From: Malacoraja senta
Lineage: Eukaryota
Assembly (NCBI GenBank): GCA_038087875.1
Contig: CM075989.1
Span: 22,322,001 to 22,386,000 of the forward strand
Reading direction: 5' to 3'
Length of the DNA: 64,000 nt
Position numbers and translations under genes: made by a program. The notes beneath the pieces are model-generated. The model ran no database searches and was not told the DNA's origin. It was given only the letters and a program-made list of their open reading frames with translations. Shown here one piece after another: positions 11,761-25,334 of this stretch (its first letter is position 1; each line of letters begins with the position of its first letter).

Positions 11761-12529
11761 ATTTTGGAGATGACAAGACAAGTTGTTGATGCTATGACGT
11801 GATATATAAAGAACCAGGAAAGTCCTACCAATGAGCACCCCTCATTGCATTGCTTATTGACTCTGAAGATATTTATTTCCTTTGTATTCCGAGCTCGCTC
11901 TTGGCTCCAACAATGCTTTTCGTGGTAACTTTAAACGCAATAATAATGTTTTCCACAAATTCAATACAAAGTGCTGGAGTAACTAAGCAGGTTGGGCAGC
12001 ATCTCTGGAGGACAAGGATAAGTAACATTTCGGATTGGGATCCTTTTCCAGTTGACCGAACTGGAAACTGCTCTAGTAGACCCGACTTTGGAAATGGGGC
12101 CAAAACATGGCGGCACCTGCATGTGTAAATATGCAAACATTATTTCACTGTGTAGTTGCCCGTGTGACAGATAAAGCTCCATTGAAACCTTTGATTCGTC
12201 AGACTGGAGAAGATCCTGACCTGAAACATCATTTGTCCACGTCTTCCAGAGGTGCTGTCTGGCACGCTGAGTTACTCCAGCATTTTGTATTTCTTTTGGA
12301 AACCAGCATTTGCAGTGTCATGTGTCTACAATAACGTTTTCACTTTAGATACAATTGACAATCCAGGTAAAAGTTGTGCCCAAAATTGCACATAGTTTGA
12401 GTAGTGTTTGCTCATCTTTTTGACACTTGTTGCTCAAATGTATTTGCATCCCGTCGAATACCAAACCTGCCGTAAATGGAAGTAATCGACCATTATTTCA
12501 CAGACTTCTTTTTTTTAAAGTCACGGTGG

Positions 12530-12970
12530 TGGCACGGTGGCGCAGCGGTAGAGTTGCTGCCAAAAAAAGGGCCTGTCCCGTTTAGGCGACAGCCAGGGAC
12601 TACTTTTAATAGAATTCACCTACGACACCTGGCGACAACCTACGACAGCAAAAATTGTCGCCAATTTTCAACATGTAGTCGCACAAAAAAAATCGCCTAT
12701 GTGGGACAGGCCCTTTACAGCGCCAGAGACCCAGGTTCAATCCTAACTAAGGATGCCGTCTGTACAGAGTTTGTACATTTTCTCCGTGACAGCGTGGGTT
12801 TTCCCCGGGTGCTTCGGTTTCCTCCCACCCTCCAAAGGCGTACAGGTTTGGCTTCTGTAAATTGTAGATAGTTCCTCGTATGTAGGATAGTGCTAGTGTA
12901 TGGGGTGATCGCTGGTCAGCGCGGACCGAAGGGCCTGCTACTTACTATGCTGTATCTTTGAAGTCTAAAT
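12530..12970 (+). mobile_element. HE1-type V-SINE interrupted by a MITE
   Basis: GGCACGGTGGCGCAGCGGTAGAGTTGCTGCC resumes as TTACAGCGCCAGAGACCC after the insert. Confidence 0.88.
12568..12714. mobile_element. PIF/Harbinger-like MITE
   Basis: Imperfect TIRs AGGGCCTGTCCC..TAGGCGA / TCGCCTA..GGGACAGGCCCT; inserted at the TTA of the SINE. Confidence 0.75.
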
Positions 12971-14429
12971 GTTACGATATGTTTAAGAATGACAACTTGG
13001 TGCATTCTGATTATTGCAGCTGAAAATGGGTTCTCCACACCAAGTGGAAGGATTTTTAATTTTTAATTACAGCTTCAATCCACCACCTGTGAGTAACCTG
13101 CAAATGAGTGTAATTAGCAGAAGCTCCCAATGGTGATTAATTCAACCAGGAGTGTGGGCAATGTTATGGGCAAGGCTGGCTTCAGGCAGAATGGTGTTTA
13201 AACTCTATCCTACAGAGATGGATCGAGATGGATGCAATTTAATTTCCGTGGAGGCAAAAACAGTGCAAAGAATTAATACTAATTGTGGATCAAAATGAGA
13301 ATATATACCCCTTAAGACAGGCTCAGAATCGTGTTATTTCTACGAGACAGCGTTTTAGACCGAAAAGATTTTGATGAAAGCCCACGTTGAGATGTTACGT
13401 AAAGCAACAGATGTTTTGAATAAAGGTTAATTGTCAGGAAGAATACATTTGACTGATACCGATAGTGAATACTAACGCTGCAAATCAAATTGTGATCTGT
13501 TACATTATATTTCTAAATGCAACATGCTCCAGCCAAAAGTATTTTCAGAGCATTAATAATAAAGATGTTTTTTTTCTAAGGGTGAACAATGACATTGTTT
13601 CATTGTGGCTAAACACACAGTAACTTGACTCGGGATTTTGTTCAGCGGGTATTGAAAGCAGATGTAGGTGAAAGGTTGTCTGAAATTACAACACCATATT
13701 GGCACACGTGATTCTACGGCAGGATCCCAAGCGACCATTGGATTCCATGCAGAAAGCGCGGGGGGGGGGGGGGGGGGGAACTAACCATCATGTTTACTGT
13801 GTGAAGATATTCCAAGCAGAACCAGCTCCAAAATAAGAAATTGATCCATCTGAAGAAGGCGCCCAACCCAAAAAAGTCATCTGTCCATTCCCACCACAGA
13901 GGCTGCCTGACCCGCTGTTCCTCCAGCACTTTGTGTGTTATGCTCAAGATTTGCGCAACAATTGCAGTTCCTTGTGTCCCCATAAGAAATTGTTCATTGA
14001 CTTTACCATTTGGTATGATTCCCAGGCTGGCAAATGGAAGGTCATTTCTATGTGATTCCAGCCAGAGAATTATGAGTTCATCAAGCAAGAGGTCTCGCAT
14101 GACCTCTTCATATTGGCTTTAGTCTCTTTCAGTCTCGATTGTGGCATAGAAACATAGAAACATAGAAAATAGGTGCAGGAGGAGGCCAATCGGCCCTTCG
14201 AGCCAGCGCCGCCATTCTTTGTGATCATTGCATCAATTTAAGACGTTGACTGTCCATTTCCCTTCACGGATGCTGCCTAACCTTCTAGTTCATCCAGCTG
14301 CTAAGTTTTTTTTTGTTCCAGATTCCAGCATCTACAGTCTCTTGTGCCTCCATAATATGGAAGGGAATGAAATGTTACACCTAACGCGACCAATCCAGTC
14401 AGCACACGAACTTCATGATATACATACAT

Positions 14430-14635
14430 AATCCATTCATTTATTACATTCATTTGTTCTATATCTCTCTACATCACCATCTGTATCCCTCTCCCCTGAC
14501 TCTCAGTCTGAAGAAGGGTCTCAACCCAAAACGTCACCTATTCCTTCTCTCCAGAGATGCTGTTTGACCCGCTGAGTTACTCCAGCTTTTTGTGTCCATC
14601 TAAACTAACACCAGCATTTGCAGTTCCTTCCTATA
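14430..14635 (+). mobile_element. Penelope-like element 3'/pLTR fragment
   Basis: CTCAGTCTGAAGAAGGGTCTCAACCCAAAACGTCACC..CCAGCATTTGCAGTTCCTTCC, homologous to the UTR linked to GIY-YIG coding sequence at 60635-61092. Confidence 0.75.
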
Positions 14636-15060
14636 AACTTCATAATACCCGGTCTCATCAGGCTGGCAACACCTTTACTCGCACTTACAACTCAATAGCT
14701 GTAGCAATAGCCTGTCACTGTACCTCGGTATCTGTGACGATAAACTAAACTAAGTTACCAACATCAACTAATTCACACTATTCAATTCAGCACCAATTAT
14801 TCTCAGTGGATTACTTTTCTGCAAGAAGGAAAATAATGGAAATAACTACTTTTAATTCAACATAAACATGGGAGATATTTGATTTTAATTAGTAATATTT
14901 ATCCTTCTGCGGACACTGCAGATGCTGGAATAATGAGTAAAACACAAGTGCTAGACTAACTCAATGGGTCGGACAGCATCTGCGGAGGGAATGGGTGGAC
15001 TTAAGAAGGGTCCAGACCTGAAACGTTGTCCATCCATTCCTTCCTCTGATCTCACCCGAG

Positions 15061-15373
15061 TTTTAGTTGAGTTTAGATTAGAGATGCAGCGCGGAAACAG
15101 CTTCGGCCCTCCGGGTCCGCATTGACCAGTGATCCCCGCAATTTAACGCTATCCTACACACACTAGGGACAATTTACATTTATACCAGGCCAATTAACCT
15201 ACATTCCTGTACGTCTTTGGAGTGTGGGAGGAAACCGAACATCTCGGAGAAACCCCAAGCAGGTCACAGAGAGAACGTACAAACTCTGTACAGACAGCAC
15301 TTGTCGTCGGGATCGAACACGCGTCTCTGGCGCGGTGAGGCAGCAACTCCACAGCTGCTCCACCGTGCTGCCC
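15061..15373 (-). mobile_element. HE1-type V-SINE
   Basis: Reverse-complement match to the copy at 6260. Confidence 0.88.
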
Positions 15374-15717
15374 AACGTGTTGGAGTTAGTCCATCATTTT
15401 GCGTTAAACCTGTTCTGTGCTTGAAACCACTGACACTTGGAGCGGAGGTGAATGGTGGATGCAACAGGTTTGGAAGTGCAATCTGTGATTCATTCTGACC
15501 TGGGAGACTTTCAGGAAAGGCACAACACACGGGACTCTCTTCTGGCTGGTCCCAAAAGGAAGCTGATAGTTATGCATAATGAAATATAATTAGTATTCTT
15601 TACCAGCCTGTAAAATGTTATATGAAGTGATAAGCATGGTGTCCAACATTAGATTTACATACGGCAGTTCCTGAAGCCAATCTCCTTCAGTAATGAGCAA
15701 CTATGTTGACATACTGT

Positions 15718-15925
15718 GGAAACAAGGAACTGCAAATGCTGCTTTGTACCAAAGATGGGTGCAAAGTGTTGGCGTAACTCAATGGGTCAGACAGCATCTC
15801 TGGAGGTAAAGGATGGGTGGCATTTCGTGTCCTTGAAGGGTCCCGACCGGAAACGTCGCCCATCCTATTTCTCCAGAGATGCTGCCCAACCCGCTGAGTT
15901 CCTCCAGCACTTTGTGTCTATGTTT
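15718..15925. mobile_element. Penelope-derived inverted-repeat fragment
   Basis: CAGCATCTCTGGAG..CTCCAGAGATGCTG inverted arms. Confidence 0.7.
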
Positions 15926-16451
15926 GTATACTTGCAGGTTCACCAAAATGCCACACCCAATGGCCGATTCTTTCTCTTCCATTCCCCCACCAGCATCAGC
16001 CACCCATATTTAACCTGTTCACTGCCAAGTTTTTGTTTTCCACTATTGACCATGACACGAGTATACTCGGTGGTGGCACTGAACAGGTTAATGAATTGTA
16101 GTTGAAGTTCAGCCATGTCATGCAAGCTCATTAGATGTCTTGCCAGGGGTAGTAGAGGATATTTGAGGATTAAGGATATATTGACTGATTTGAGAGGTTA
16201 GACATGGAAAAAAACAATTATTTTGGTGAGGCAGTTGAATAATGGGAAGTAATCTTAGACAGACCCAAACTGATTTGGAGTCAAAATGGATTTTTTTTTT
16301 ACACTTGGCTAAATCTGGAATTCTCACCCCAAAACACGTTGGCTCCTCGTTTATCTGAAATTTTGGAAGTTGAGATTAATAGATTTCTTTCAGGTAGGAA
16401 TATCAAGGGATATGGAACAAACAATGGTCAACGAAGTTGAAGAACATATTA

Positions 16452-16738
16452 AAGCCCTGTCCCACTGTACGAGTTCATTCAAGAGCTCTCCCGAGTTAAA
16501 AAAAAAATCAAACTCGTGGTAAGCACGTAGAATGTAGCGGGTACGTCGGAGCTCGGGGACGTCGCTTAGCGGCTCGTAACGCTAACGGCAGGTATGCGTG
16601 AAGATTTTTCAACATGTTGAAAAATGTCCACGAGAGCCCCGAGTATCTACGAGCGGCCATTACCGTAAATCTCCGAGTTGTGAATCAGGGGAAACTCGGG
16701 AGAACTTTTGAATGAACTCGTACAGTGGGACAGGGCTT
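16452..16738. mobile_element. PIF/Harbinger-like MITE with ~46-bp TIRs and TTA TSD
   Basis: AAGCCCTGTCCCACTGTACGAGTTCATTCAAGAGCTCTCCCGAG / CTCGGGAGAACTTTTGAATGAACTCGTACAGTGGGACAGGGCTT; TTA at 16449-16451 and 16739-16741. Confidence 0.88.
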
Positions 16739-18840
16739 TTAGGCTTGGTTCATTTGAGTGGCGGATTAAACAAGGTGCTGGATAACCTGCTCTTGCCCCT
16801 CTGTACGTGAGAAGGTACGATGGCAACATTTTTGATTTTCTTCATCACAATTGCTAACTGTTTGAAGATGTGCCCAAGTGTTGGTTGAAGTGCTTGCCAA
16901 GCAATTGTTTTGTTCAACCACCTGTTACCGGTTAATTATTCTGAGGAGATACTCATAAATCATAACACTGGACAATTAATCAAGTTGTCAGGATTGGGGT
17001 CAGAGGTTGTGAGGGAAAAGTCACAGGTCACCTTCAAGCTGATAAAGGTCAGGGTTGTGTTGCATCCCTCATTGTCAAGTAATGCCACGAGTAGATCGAC
17101 GGGAACAAAAGGGAAATCACTGTCCAAAACCAAGTATACAAAAACCCTCCCCCCAATTTACAAATGGGAAGCAGAATAAACTATTATTTATATTAAAATA
17201 TTAGTGAGTAATTCAATTGGTGAGTACCATCTTGCTACCAGATTGTAACGAAAATTATGGAAGCACACTTCGTATAGAAATACAATTAAAAACCCATAAT
17301 TTTCATGCATCATAAATATTCTTCACGCTTGTTGTTAACTTAATTAATGTAATTAGAGAATCTAAATTGATCAAAAACAGTCTTTGTGTGGAGCAGCGTT
17401 GCTTTGCCTCATTGCTTCCTAATCAAGAAGTGAAATGTCACTTTTACAGATGATTTAAATATGAAATCAGGAAGGTCTTCTGTTACAGAGCAGGGAGAAC
17501 AGCGTTGTATCAGAGTTTAATTGTTTTCCTATTGCAGGGTGCATGCACATCATTCATGTACTCGCGGTGCCTCCATGCATGCCCAGGTCTTTATAGGTTA
17601 TGTGCAGGGCTGCAGTAGTGTGGCGTTTTAGGGGTGGAATGATGAAGAGATCACTAAGTTTGACCCCATACTTACAGAGAGAAGTTAGTATCAGCCTTCA
17701 ATTGCGAGCTGTCAAAAACGTCGCTTCCCTCAAACATCTTGGTGATGCCACGTTTTTGATATTTGTGCTAATTACTGCGATGACAATCATTGCTTTCATC
17801 TCTGAACATTAAGGTGTAATTTTCTCACCACTGAAAGCATAGACCTAGTGGTGGCAGTCTCACAAATCCCATCTCCGGTCGTGATTCCTTCAATCATCAG
17901 CGGGATATAGAAAGCACAGTCTCTATTATCCTTGGAGACTGTGCAACATGTATTTCCAATGATCTCCAGTCTCTTTAATTTAATGTTATGGATGAAACCT
18001 TTCGAATACCACAGTTATTGTTCAATGATATATGTTGAGGCAGTATGGTTTTGTTTAGATTACAAATTGACAATTACTAACAAGTATTTTACTCTGCATA
18101 CACTTCAATTGAAATGAAAATTGGAAGTCCAGATTTATCTTGTTAATTTGTACTGTTTACAAGACATCTAAATATCAACCTGGAAATGTTTCAAATAACA
18201 AAATAATAAGCTACCCGTCCATCCATTCTTAAACTATTAAAAGTGCCGGCTTTAAAGACGCTGATTTGAAAGTCAGTGCATTTGACCTTGTTGGATAATT
18301 GCTTTTTGTTAACTGATTGCTAGTGAGCAACACTTATGCACGAAGATTAAGAAAGTTTAAGAAAGATATAATCAGATGCCTTTTCCATCTAATTGTCTGA
18401 AATGGTGCGCTCTATTTTAAAACACTGTCTTATTGTGTTATTCAAAATACAAACTCCACAGAGGAATTACTCCAGGAAAGAAGACATGAGATAAAAATGT
18501 TGTGTGTGTTACAGGGACATCATTGTGTGAGTGATGGTGTTCAAGGTCATTATACCGTTCACCACTAAAAGCTACTTTAAAAATGTTCTTCAACTGATGT
18601 TGTATCATTCTCCGTGCCCAGTGTCTGAGGTCTTCACAGATTGGGTTTTTCTAATTAGGTGTCAGAATTAATATTTCTTTGATTTATGTGTGGTTGGAAC
18701 TATACGGAGTCTGCCAACACAGAATTCGCATTGGTTGCTAACAAGTTGAGTTAGCTCAAAATTTCAGCCGGGCTACAATCTTAGACCACAGTTGTTACAC
18801 TGTTGTTGCAGATCAGAACCTGATGTTTATTCTGTGATGT

Positions 18841-19146
18841 AGCTTAGCTTAGAGATACAGAGTGGAAACAGGCCCTTCGGCCCACCACGTCTGCGCCGAC
18901 CAGCGATCACCGCACACTGACACTGTCCTACGCACACTAGGGACAATTTACAATTACACCAATCCAATTAGCCTACCAACCTGTACGTCTTTGGAGTGTG
19001 GGAGGAAACCGGAGATCCCGGAGAAAACCCACGCAGGTCACGGGGAGAACGTACAAACTCCGTACAGTCTAGCACCCGTAGTCGGGATTGAACTCTAATC
19101 TCTGTTGCAGTTAGCAACCAACTCTACCACTGCGCCACCATGCCGT
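18841..19146 (-). mobile_element. HE1-type V-SINE
   Basis: Reverse-complement match to other HE1 copies. Confidence 0.88.
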
Positions 19147-19169
19147 AGTGTTGGCATGCTTTTAACACG

Positions 19170-19910
19170 GAACATAGAACAGTACAGTACAGCAACAGGC
19201 CGCGTGACCCACAATAGCCCAGGACTAAACACGGGGCCGCGTTAAATTAATCTTTACTGCCTATGATCCATTCCCTCCACATCAATGTGTCTATCAAATA
19301 CTACTTGTTTTAGAACATAGAACAATGCAGCACCGGAACGGGCCCTTCGATAGAACATTTGTGCCAAACATGATGCCAGGTTAGGCACAATAGCTGGAGT
19401 AACTCGGCGGGTCAGGCAGCATCTCTGGAGAAAAGAAATGGGTGACGTTTCATGTTGGAACCCTTCTTTGGGCCAGAAATTTCACTTATTATTTTTCTCC
19501 AGAGATCTGCCTGAGATACTCCAGCCTTTTGTGTCTATCTTCAGGTTAAACCAGCATCTGCAGTTCCTTCTGATGCCAAGTTATGCTGGTCTCATCTGCC
19601 TGTACATGATCCATATCCCTCTGTGCCCTGCACTCCTATGGGCCTATCTAAAAGCCTCAAAAATGCCACTATCAAATCTGGCTCAACTGCCAACCCTAGC
19701 AATGTGTTCCAAGCCCCCACTACACTCTGTGTAAAAAATAAATCTTGCTCTTCATGCAACTTTCCCTCTCTCACCTTTTATCTATGCCCTCTAGTGTTGG
19801 GCGTTTCCACCCTGGGTGAAAGGTTCTGACAGTCTACCCTATCCTTGTCTCCCATAATTCTATATACTTCCACCAAGTCTCCATTCAACCTCTGACTTTC
19901 CAGAGAAAAA
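19170..19910 (-). mobile_element. CR1 3' fragments with nested Penelope-derived insert (19384-19570)
   Basis: FFTQSVVGAWNTL on minus; insert flanked by TGATGCCA(G/A)GTTA at 19371-19383 and 19571-19583. Confidence 0.75.
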
Positions 19911-20054
19911 GATGACCCCAAACTGAGTTGAGTTTGGATTAACGGGGAAGTGATATTGAAGGGATACGTTCTAATGTTAGGAGAAGCAAGCAGCGTGGCT
20001 CAAAAAACCTTTGCGCGCGTTAACAGATCACAGCCACACAAGGGGAGGAATATG

Positions 20055-20371
20055 TCTGCTACACCAGTACATCAATGACCCCATGGACGTCCCTGGCCAG
20101 GACCTGCCCCGAAAGCAGTGGACAACCCTCAACCGCTTGAGGACAGGCGTCGGACGCTATGGCGTAGCGATGAAGAGGTGGGGCCTCGTGGACAGCGAGT
20201 GCCTCCTGCGAGTGTGGGGACCCAACACAGACAGTGGAGCACAAAGTCACCAGTTGCCCCAAACACCGGCCACCAAATGGTGAACGAGGTCTGATTGTCC
20301 TGGACGATGACACGTTGGCCTGGCTCACCCCAATGGAGCTGCAGGTCTAAAAGACATACGACAGAAGAAGA
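20055..20371 (+). mobile_element. Vingi/Ingi-like LINE, 3' end
   Basis: PGQDLPRKQWTTLNRLRTGVGR..KRWG, then (frameshift) CECG..QTVEH...CP zinc knuckle and ..AWL; ends CATACGACAGAAGAAGA. Clade assignment is from recall. Confidence 0.7.
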
Positions 20372-20497
20372 TGAGTGAATACAAGGTGGAGTTGAGCAGG
20401 AGAGAAGTTGATCTGTCATTCGGGTGACTTCCAATGATGAGAACTACACAAGAGCCTCAATGTTTTCCAGCTGCATTCATGACAATGTGCAATTTTA

Positions 20498-20790
20498 GGG
20501 GTGGCACAGTGGTGGAGATGCTGCCTTACATCCCCAGAGACCCAGGTTCGATCCTGACAACGGGTGCTGTCTATACTAAGTTTGTACTTTCTCTCTGAGA
20601 GGTTTTCTCTTGGTGCTCTGGTCTCCTCCTACACTCCAAAGACATGTATGTTTGCAGAATAATTGGCTTTGGTAATATTGTAAATAGTTCCGAGTGTGTA
20701 AGATGGTGCTGGAATGTACAGGATGGTCGCTGGTCAATGCAGACTCGGTGGGCCGAAGGGCCTGTTTCCACTCTCTATGCCTAAAATCTA
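20498..20790 (+). mobile_element. HE1-type V-SINE
   Basis: B box GGTTCGATCC, V domain, CR1-like tail. Confidence 0.85.
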
Positions 20791-21050
20791 AAATTTCTTG
20801 ACGGTGTAATGTTGCATTTTTAAACAGAATTTTTGGATGAGCCAAAGTTTTTTTTTAATAAAGAATAGCGTTTGTTTTCCAAAGTTGATGTCAGTTTCTG
20901 TAATACGCCAAAAAATGTTTATGCCATTTTTTTCTATTTTGAATTTTGGTGTAATTATTTCCAGAGATTGTAGAGGAGAAATTCAACTTCGGCAGCAACA
21001 AGATAGATTGTCCACCTATTGTACATCACAGCCAGTTTCTCTCACATTGG

Positions 21051-21770
21051 AGATAGACAGAAAATGCTGGAGGAACTCCTGCTGAGTTACTCCAGTATTT
21101 AGTGTCTATCTTCGCTGTAAACCAGCATCTGCAGTTCCTTCCTAGACATCTCTCACATTGGCGATGGACAACCAATCTTTTGTCATCTATTTTCTTCCCT
21201 CTTCATTCTTGTCCTCTCAACAAAAAAAAAAAGATTTGTCCCAGCAGAATGGGAAGGAAGTCTGAAGAATGGTCCCACCCTGATACGTTGCTTATCCATT
21301 CCCTCCATAGGTGCTGAAACAAGGAACTGCAGATGCTAGTTTACCAAGGAAAGTCATAAAATGCTGGAGTATCTCAGTTGATCTGGCAGCATCCCTGGAT
21401 AAATTGGATAGGTGACGTTATGGTTCGGGACCAGAAGGCTCCCAACCTGGAATGTCACCTATCCATGTTCTCTAGGGATAGGTACAAAGTGCTGGAGTAA
21501 CTCAGCGGGTCAGGCAGCATCTCTGGAGGCATAGTGATGTTTTGGGTTGGGTCTGAAGAAAGGACCCAACCCGAAACATCACCGTTCCGTTGCTTCCAGA
21601 GATGCTGCCTGACCTGCTGAGTTTCTCCAGAACTTTGTGTGTATCTTCAATATAAACCAGCATCTGCAGTTCATTTCTAGACATGCTCTCTAGTATGTTG
21701 CCTGACCCAATGAGTTGCTTCAGCATTTTACTCAAGATTCCAACATCTGCAGTTACCTATGTCTCTATTC
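21051..21770. mobile_element. Cluster of nested Penelope-derived inverted fragments
   Basis: Repeated GCTGGAGTAACTCAG / CTGAGTTACTCCAGC and CAGCATCTGCAGTTC; first insert flanked by TCTCTCACATTGG (21038-21050, 21149-21161). Confidence 0.75.
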
Positions 21771-21852
21771 ATCCATTATCCATAATATTAAGGGTGAATA
21801 ACTTGCTTGGCCTCATTTGTTAGTTTAGTTAGTTTAATTCTTTGCCACATGT

Positions 21853-22190
21853 TTAGTTTAGTTTAGTTGAGAGATACAGTGCGGAAACAGGCCCTTCAGC
21901 CCACCATGTCCACACTGACCAGCGATCCCCGCACATTAACACTATGCTACACACGCAAGGGATAATTTACATTTCTATCAAGACACTTTGGAGTGTGGAA
22001 CGAAACCGAAGATCACGGAGAAACAGCGAGAAGCTTTATGCTGCGTACTATCTGTAATTAAAATCGAGCCGTGTACAGATGCAAGATAAAGGGAATAACG
22101 TTTAGTCAATATAAAATATGATTAAAGATACTCGAGGTTCTCCAATGAGGTGGATATTTCCATGACCGCTCCATAGTTGTTGTGGCTATT
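21853..22190 (-). mobile_element. Partial HE1 SINE within a Rex/Babar 3' UTR fragment
   Basis: SINE tail GAGATACAGTGCGGAAACAGGCCC, followed by sequence resembling 11190-11335. Confidence 0.65.
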
Positions 22191-22360
22191 TCCATTTTGC
22201 CACCATCCTAACATAATGGGAGCAAGACAAAGTCATGTCCAGCTAGAATTGTGAAGCAATGTAATGGTAACCTTCAAAATCCATTTGCGTTGTGACCTTT
22301 GTAAGCCCTTTACATTGGATGATGTCATGAAACAATATCAAATGATTGCAGAATAGGATG

Positions 22361-22660
22361 TCACGGTGGCGCAGCGGGAGAGTTGCTGCCTCACAGCGCC
22401 AGAGACACGGGTTCAATCCTGACTACGGGTGCTGTCTGTACGGAGTTTGTACCTTCTCCACGTGATCGCGTTGGTTATCTCCAGGTGCTACGGTTTCCTC
22501 CCACACTCCAAAGACGTGCAGGTTTGTAGGTTAATTGGCTTGGTATAAGTGTAAATTGTCCCTAGAGCGTGTAGGGTAGCGTTAATGGGTTGGTCGGTGC
22601 AGACTCGGTGGGTCGAAGGGTCTGTTTCAGCGCTGTATCTCTAAACTAAACTAAACTAAA
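22361..22660 (+). mobile_element. HE1-type V-SINE
   Basis: A/B boxes, V domain, (CTAAA)4 tail. Confidence 0.9.
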
Positions 22661-23104
22661 CCTCAATGCGATTTAAGAGTAGCAGCATCTTTTACAGGCA
22701 TTCTCGGGAAGTGCCGTCAGTATACGTGACATATCAGCACTACATTTTAACTGTAATAATAAGCTTCCAGAACAAGTAATTTAAGCAATATATGTCAGTG
22801 TTACTGATTTTATGAGGCTATAAACAATTCTTGCGAGTTAAATAATGGTAGAAGCTGCACATGCAGTCACTTCCCAGCAACGGGGCTGTTTCTGCTGAGT
22901 AAACGTGACATATTTTAATTGTTGTTGTGGTAAAAGTTCAAACTGTAGATTAAAAGCAGCAGAAATTACCGCAGAAAAATTGAGATCACTGCAACAATGA
23001 GCAGAGGTTCCCAGCATCACTTAATAGAAAACATGCTCATAGTTCAGAAACCAACACAGCATCTGGACAATTCCAGTCGAGGAGTTAAGACCAAGAATAT
23101 TAAT

Positions 23105-23420
23105 TTTTAGTTTTAGAGACACAGCGCAGAAACAGGCCCTTCGGCCCACCGAGTCCACACCGACCAGCGATCCCCGCACACTAACACTATCCTACACACA
23201 CCAGGGACAATTTACACATACACCAAGCCAATTAACCTACAGACCTGCACGTCTTTGGAGTGTGGGAGGAAACCGACCATCTCTGAGAAAACCCACGAGG
23301 TTACGGGGAGAACGTACAAACTCCGTTCGGACAGCACCCGTAGTCGGGATCGAACCCGGGTCTCTGGCGCTGTAAGCGCTGTAAGGCAGCAACTCTACCG
23401 CTGTGCCACCGTGGCTGCCC
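23105..23420 (-). mobile_element. HE1-type V-SINE
   Basis: Full reverse-complement copy. Confidence 0.9.
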
Positions 23421-23444
23421 ATTAATCCGTCTTTGTTTACCTGT

Positions 23445-23890
23445 AGACATTGGACAAACTTGCAATGTTTTCCCTGGAGCACAGAGGCTGCGGGCAGACC
23501 TGATAGAAGTATGTAAAATTATTTCATACCGCCTTTTGGGAAGCAGCCAACATAATCAAGGGCTGCACATACCTCAGTCATTCTCCCTTCTTCTCTATTC
23601 CAATCTACCACCAAGAAGGACATAGGTTTAAGGTGAGAGGGGAAAGATTTAATAGAATCTGAGGGGGAACTTCTTCACACAATGTGTGGCTGGGGTATGG
23701 AGTGAGTTGCCAGAGGAGGTAGTTGAGCCTATTTGAGAACCAATTAGACAGGTACATGGATAGGACAGGTTTGGAGGGATATGGGCCAAATGCAGGCATG
23801 GGAATAATGTAGAAGGGACATGTTGGTCGGTGTGGGCAAGATGGGCCAAAGGGCCTGTTTCCATGCTGTATGACTCTGTGGATCTATGAT
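23445..23890 (+). mobile_element. CR1 3' fragment with short Rex-like insert (~23525-23605)
   Basis: AGAGGCTG..GACCTGATAGAAGT; CATAGGTTTAAGGTGAGAGG; tail GGGCCAAAGGGCCTGTTTCCATGCTGTATGACTCT. Confidence 0.75.
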
Positions 23891-24423
23891 GGGATCAGGC
23901 TAATAGGATAGCTCTTTCTTTTTATATGGCACAGATATAATGGCTTCCGTCTGTGATCACCCATGTTGTACAATTCTATGGTTTTCATCTTTTCCTGTCT
24001 GGCATATTCACATCAGATATTCTTCGGAACATCGCTGTGTTGCATTTCTATTGTTCTCTTGTGGAACTACTGCGGGAAAATCATGTAGAGAATGATATTT
24101 TTGCCATGTTAATGTAAGCGGTCCTTTCATCATGAGTAACATTCCAGGTTCTCACCAGGGAACATGAATAATTTTTGTTCAATCAAGAATATTTTTTCTT
24201 CCCATTAAAACAGATAAATTAAATCTTAAGCATCTCTAGATGAAAGAGAGAATGAATAACATTAATCTACTCCTCTGTTAATAAAATGCCTCTATTCCTG
24301 ATCACAAGTTAATTGACTTGTACACCGGTGAAATAGTTTGCTTTGAAATCCTTTTATTGGCTCTTGGTAAATTGAAAATCACTCCCTTATATTTATTCAC
24401 CATTACAATCTAAGCATTAAAAC

Positions 24424-24632
24424 AAAAGACACAAAGTGCTGGAGTAACTCTGCGGGTCAGACAGCATCTCTGGAGAACATTGATGAAAAACGTTTCTAGT
24501 TGGAACCTGAAAGAAGGGACCCAATCCAAAACGTCACCTAACCATGTTCTCCAGAGATGCTGCCTGACCCGCTGAGTTACTCCAGCACTCTGTGTCTTTT
24601 TCTGTAGACCAGCATCTGCAGTTCCTTGTGTT
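24424..24632. mobile_element. Penelope-derived inverted-repeat element
   Basis: AAAGACACAAAGTGCTGGAGTAACTC..GAGTTACTCCAGCACTCTGTGTCTTT inverted arms. Confidence 0.8.
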
Positions 24633-24935
24633 CATCGAAGTCCATCATTAAAATTGGTTTTTATACGATGGTTTATTTTTTAATTGATTTGAAAGATAAA
24701 GCTCGGAAACAGTCTTGTTGGCCCACCGAGCCACTGCTGGAATTCTAAATTGTAAATGATCAGCCCCAAATTGAAGGTGTTCCCAGAACTGAAGCATTGA
24801 CTGATAAACAAAATACAAACAGCTGGAGGAACGCAATAGACCAGGACGCAGCTGAGGATGGAAATGGATCGGCAACTCTTCGAGTTGGAACTCTTCCCCT
24901 TTTGGCCCATTGTACCTGTGCCAGTCATCTAGAGA

Positions 24936-25216
24936 GGTGGTGCAGCAGTAGAGTTGCTGCCTCACAGTGCCAGAGTACCGAGTTCGATCCTGACCACAGG
25001 TGCCGTCTGTATGGAGTTTGGACATTTTCCCTGTGACCATATGGGTTCTCTCCAGGTGCTCTGGTTTCCTCACACACTTAAAACACGTGCAGGTTTGTAG
25101 GTTAATTGGATTCAGTAAAATGGTGTGGGACAGTGCTAGCATACAGGGTGATCGCTGGTTGGCGTGGATTTGGTTGGCCGACGGGCCTGTTTCTGCCCTG
25201 TATCTCTGAAGTCTAA
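24936..25216 (+). mobile_element. HE1-type V-SINE (older)
   Basis: B box, V domain, tail. Confidence 0.8.
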
Positions 25217-25334
25217 AGGTGTCCCAATCCGAAACATTGTCTGTCGATTGCCCTCCACAAATGCTGCCTGACCAATGAATTCCAGCATTTTATTTTGTTC
25301 AAGACTCCAGCATCTACAGTTCCTTGCGTCTACT

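Noticed and set aside
17538..17597. Possible 60-nt coding exon after TTTTCCTATTGCAG
   Set aside because: Weak donor (GTTATG), unrecognisable peptide, no partner exons
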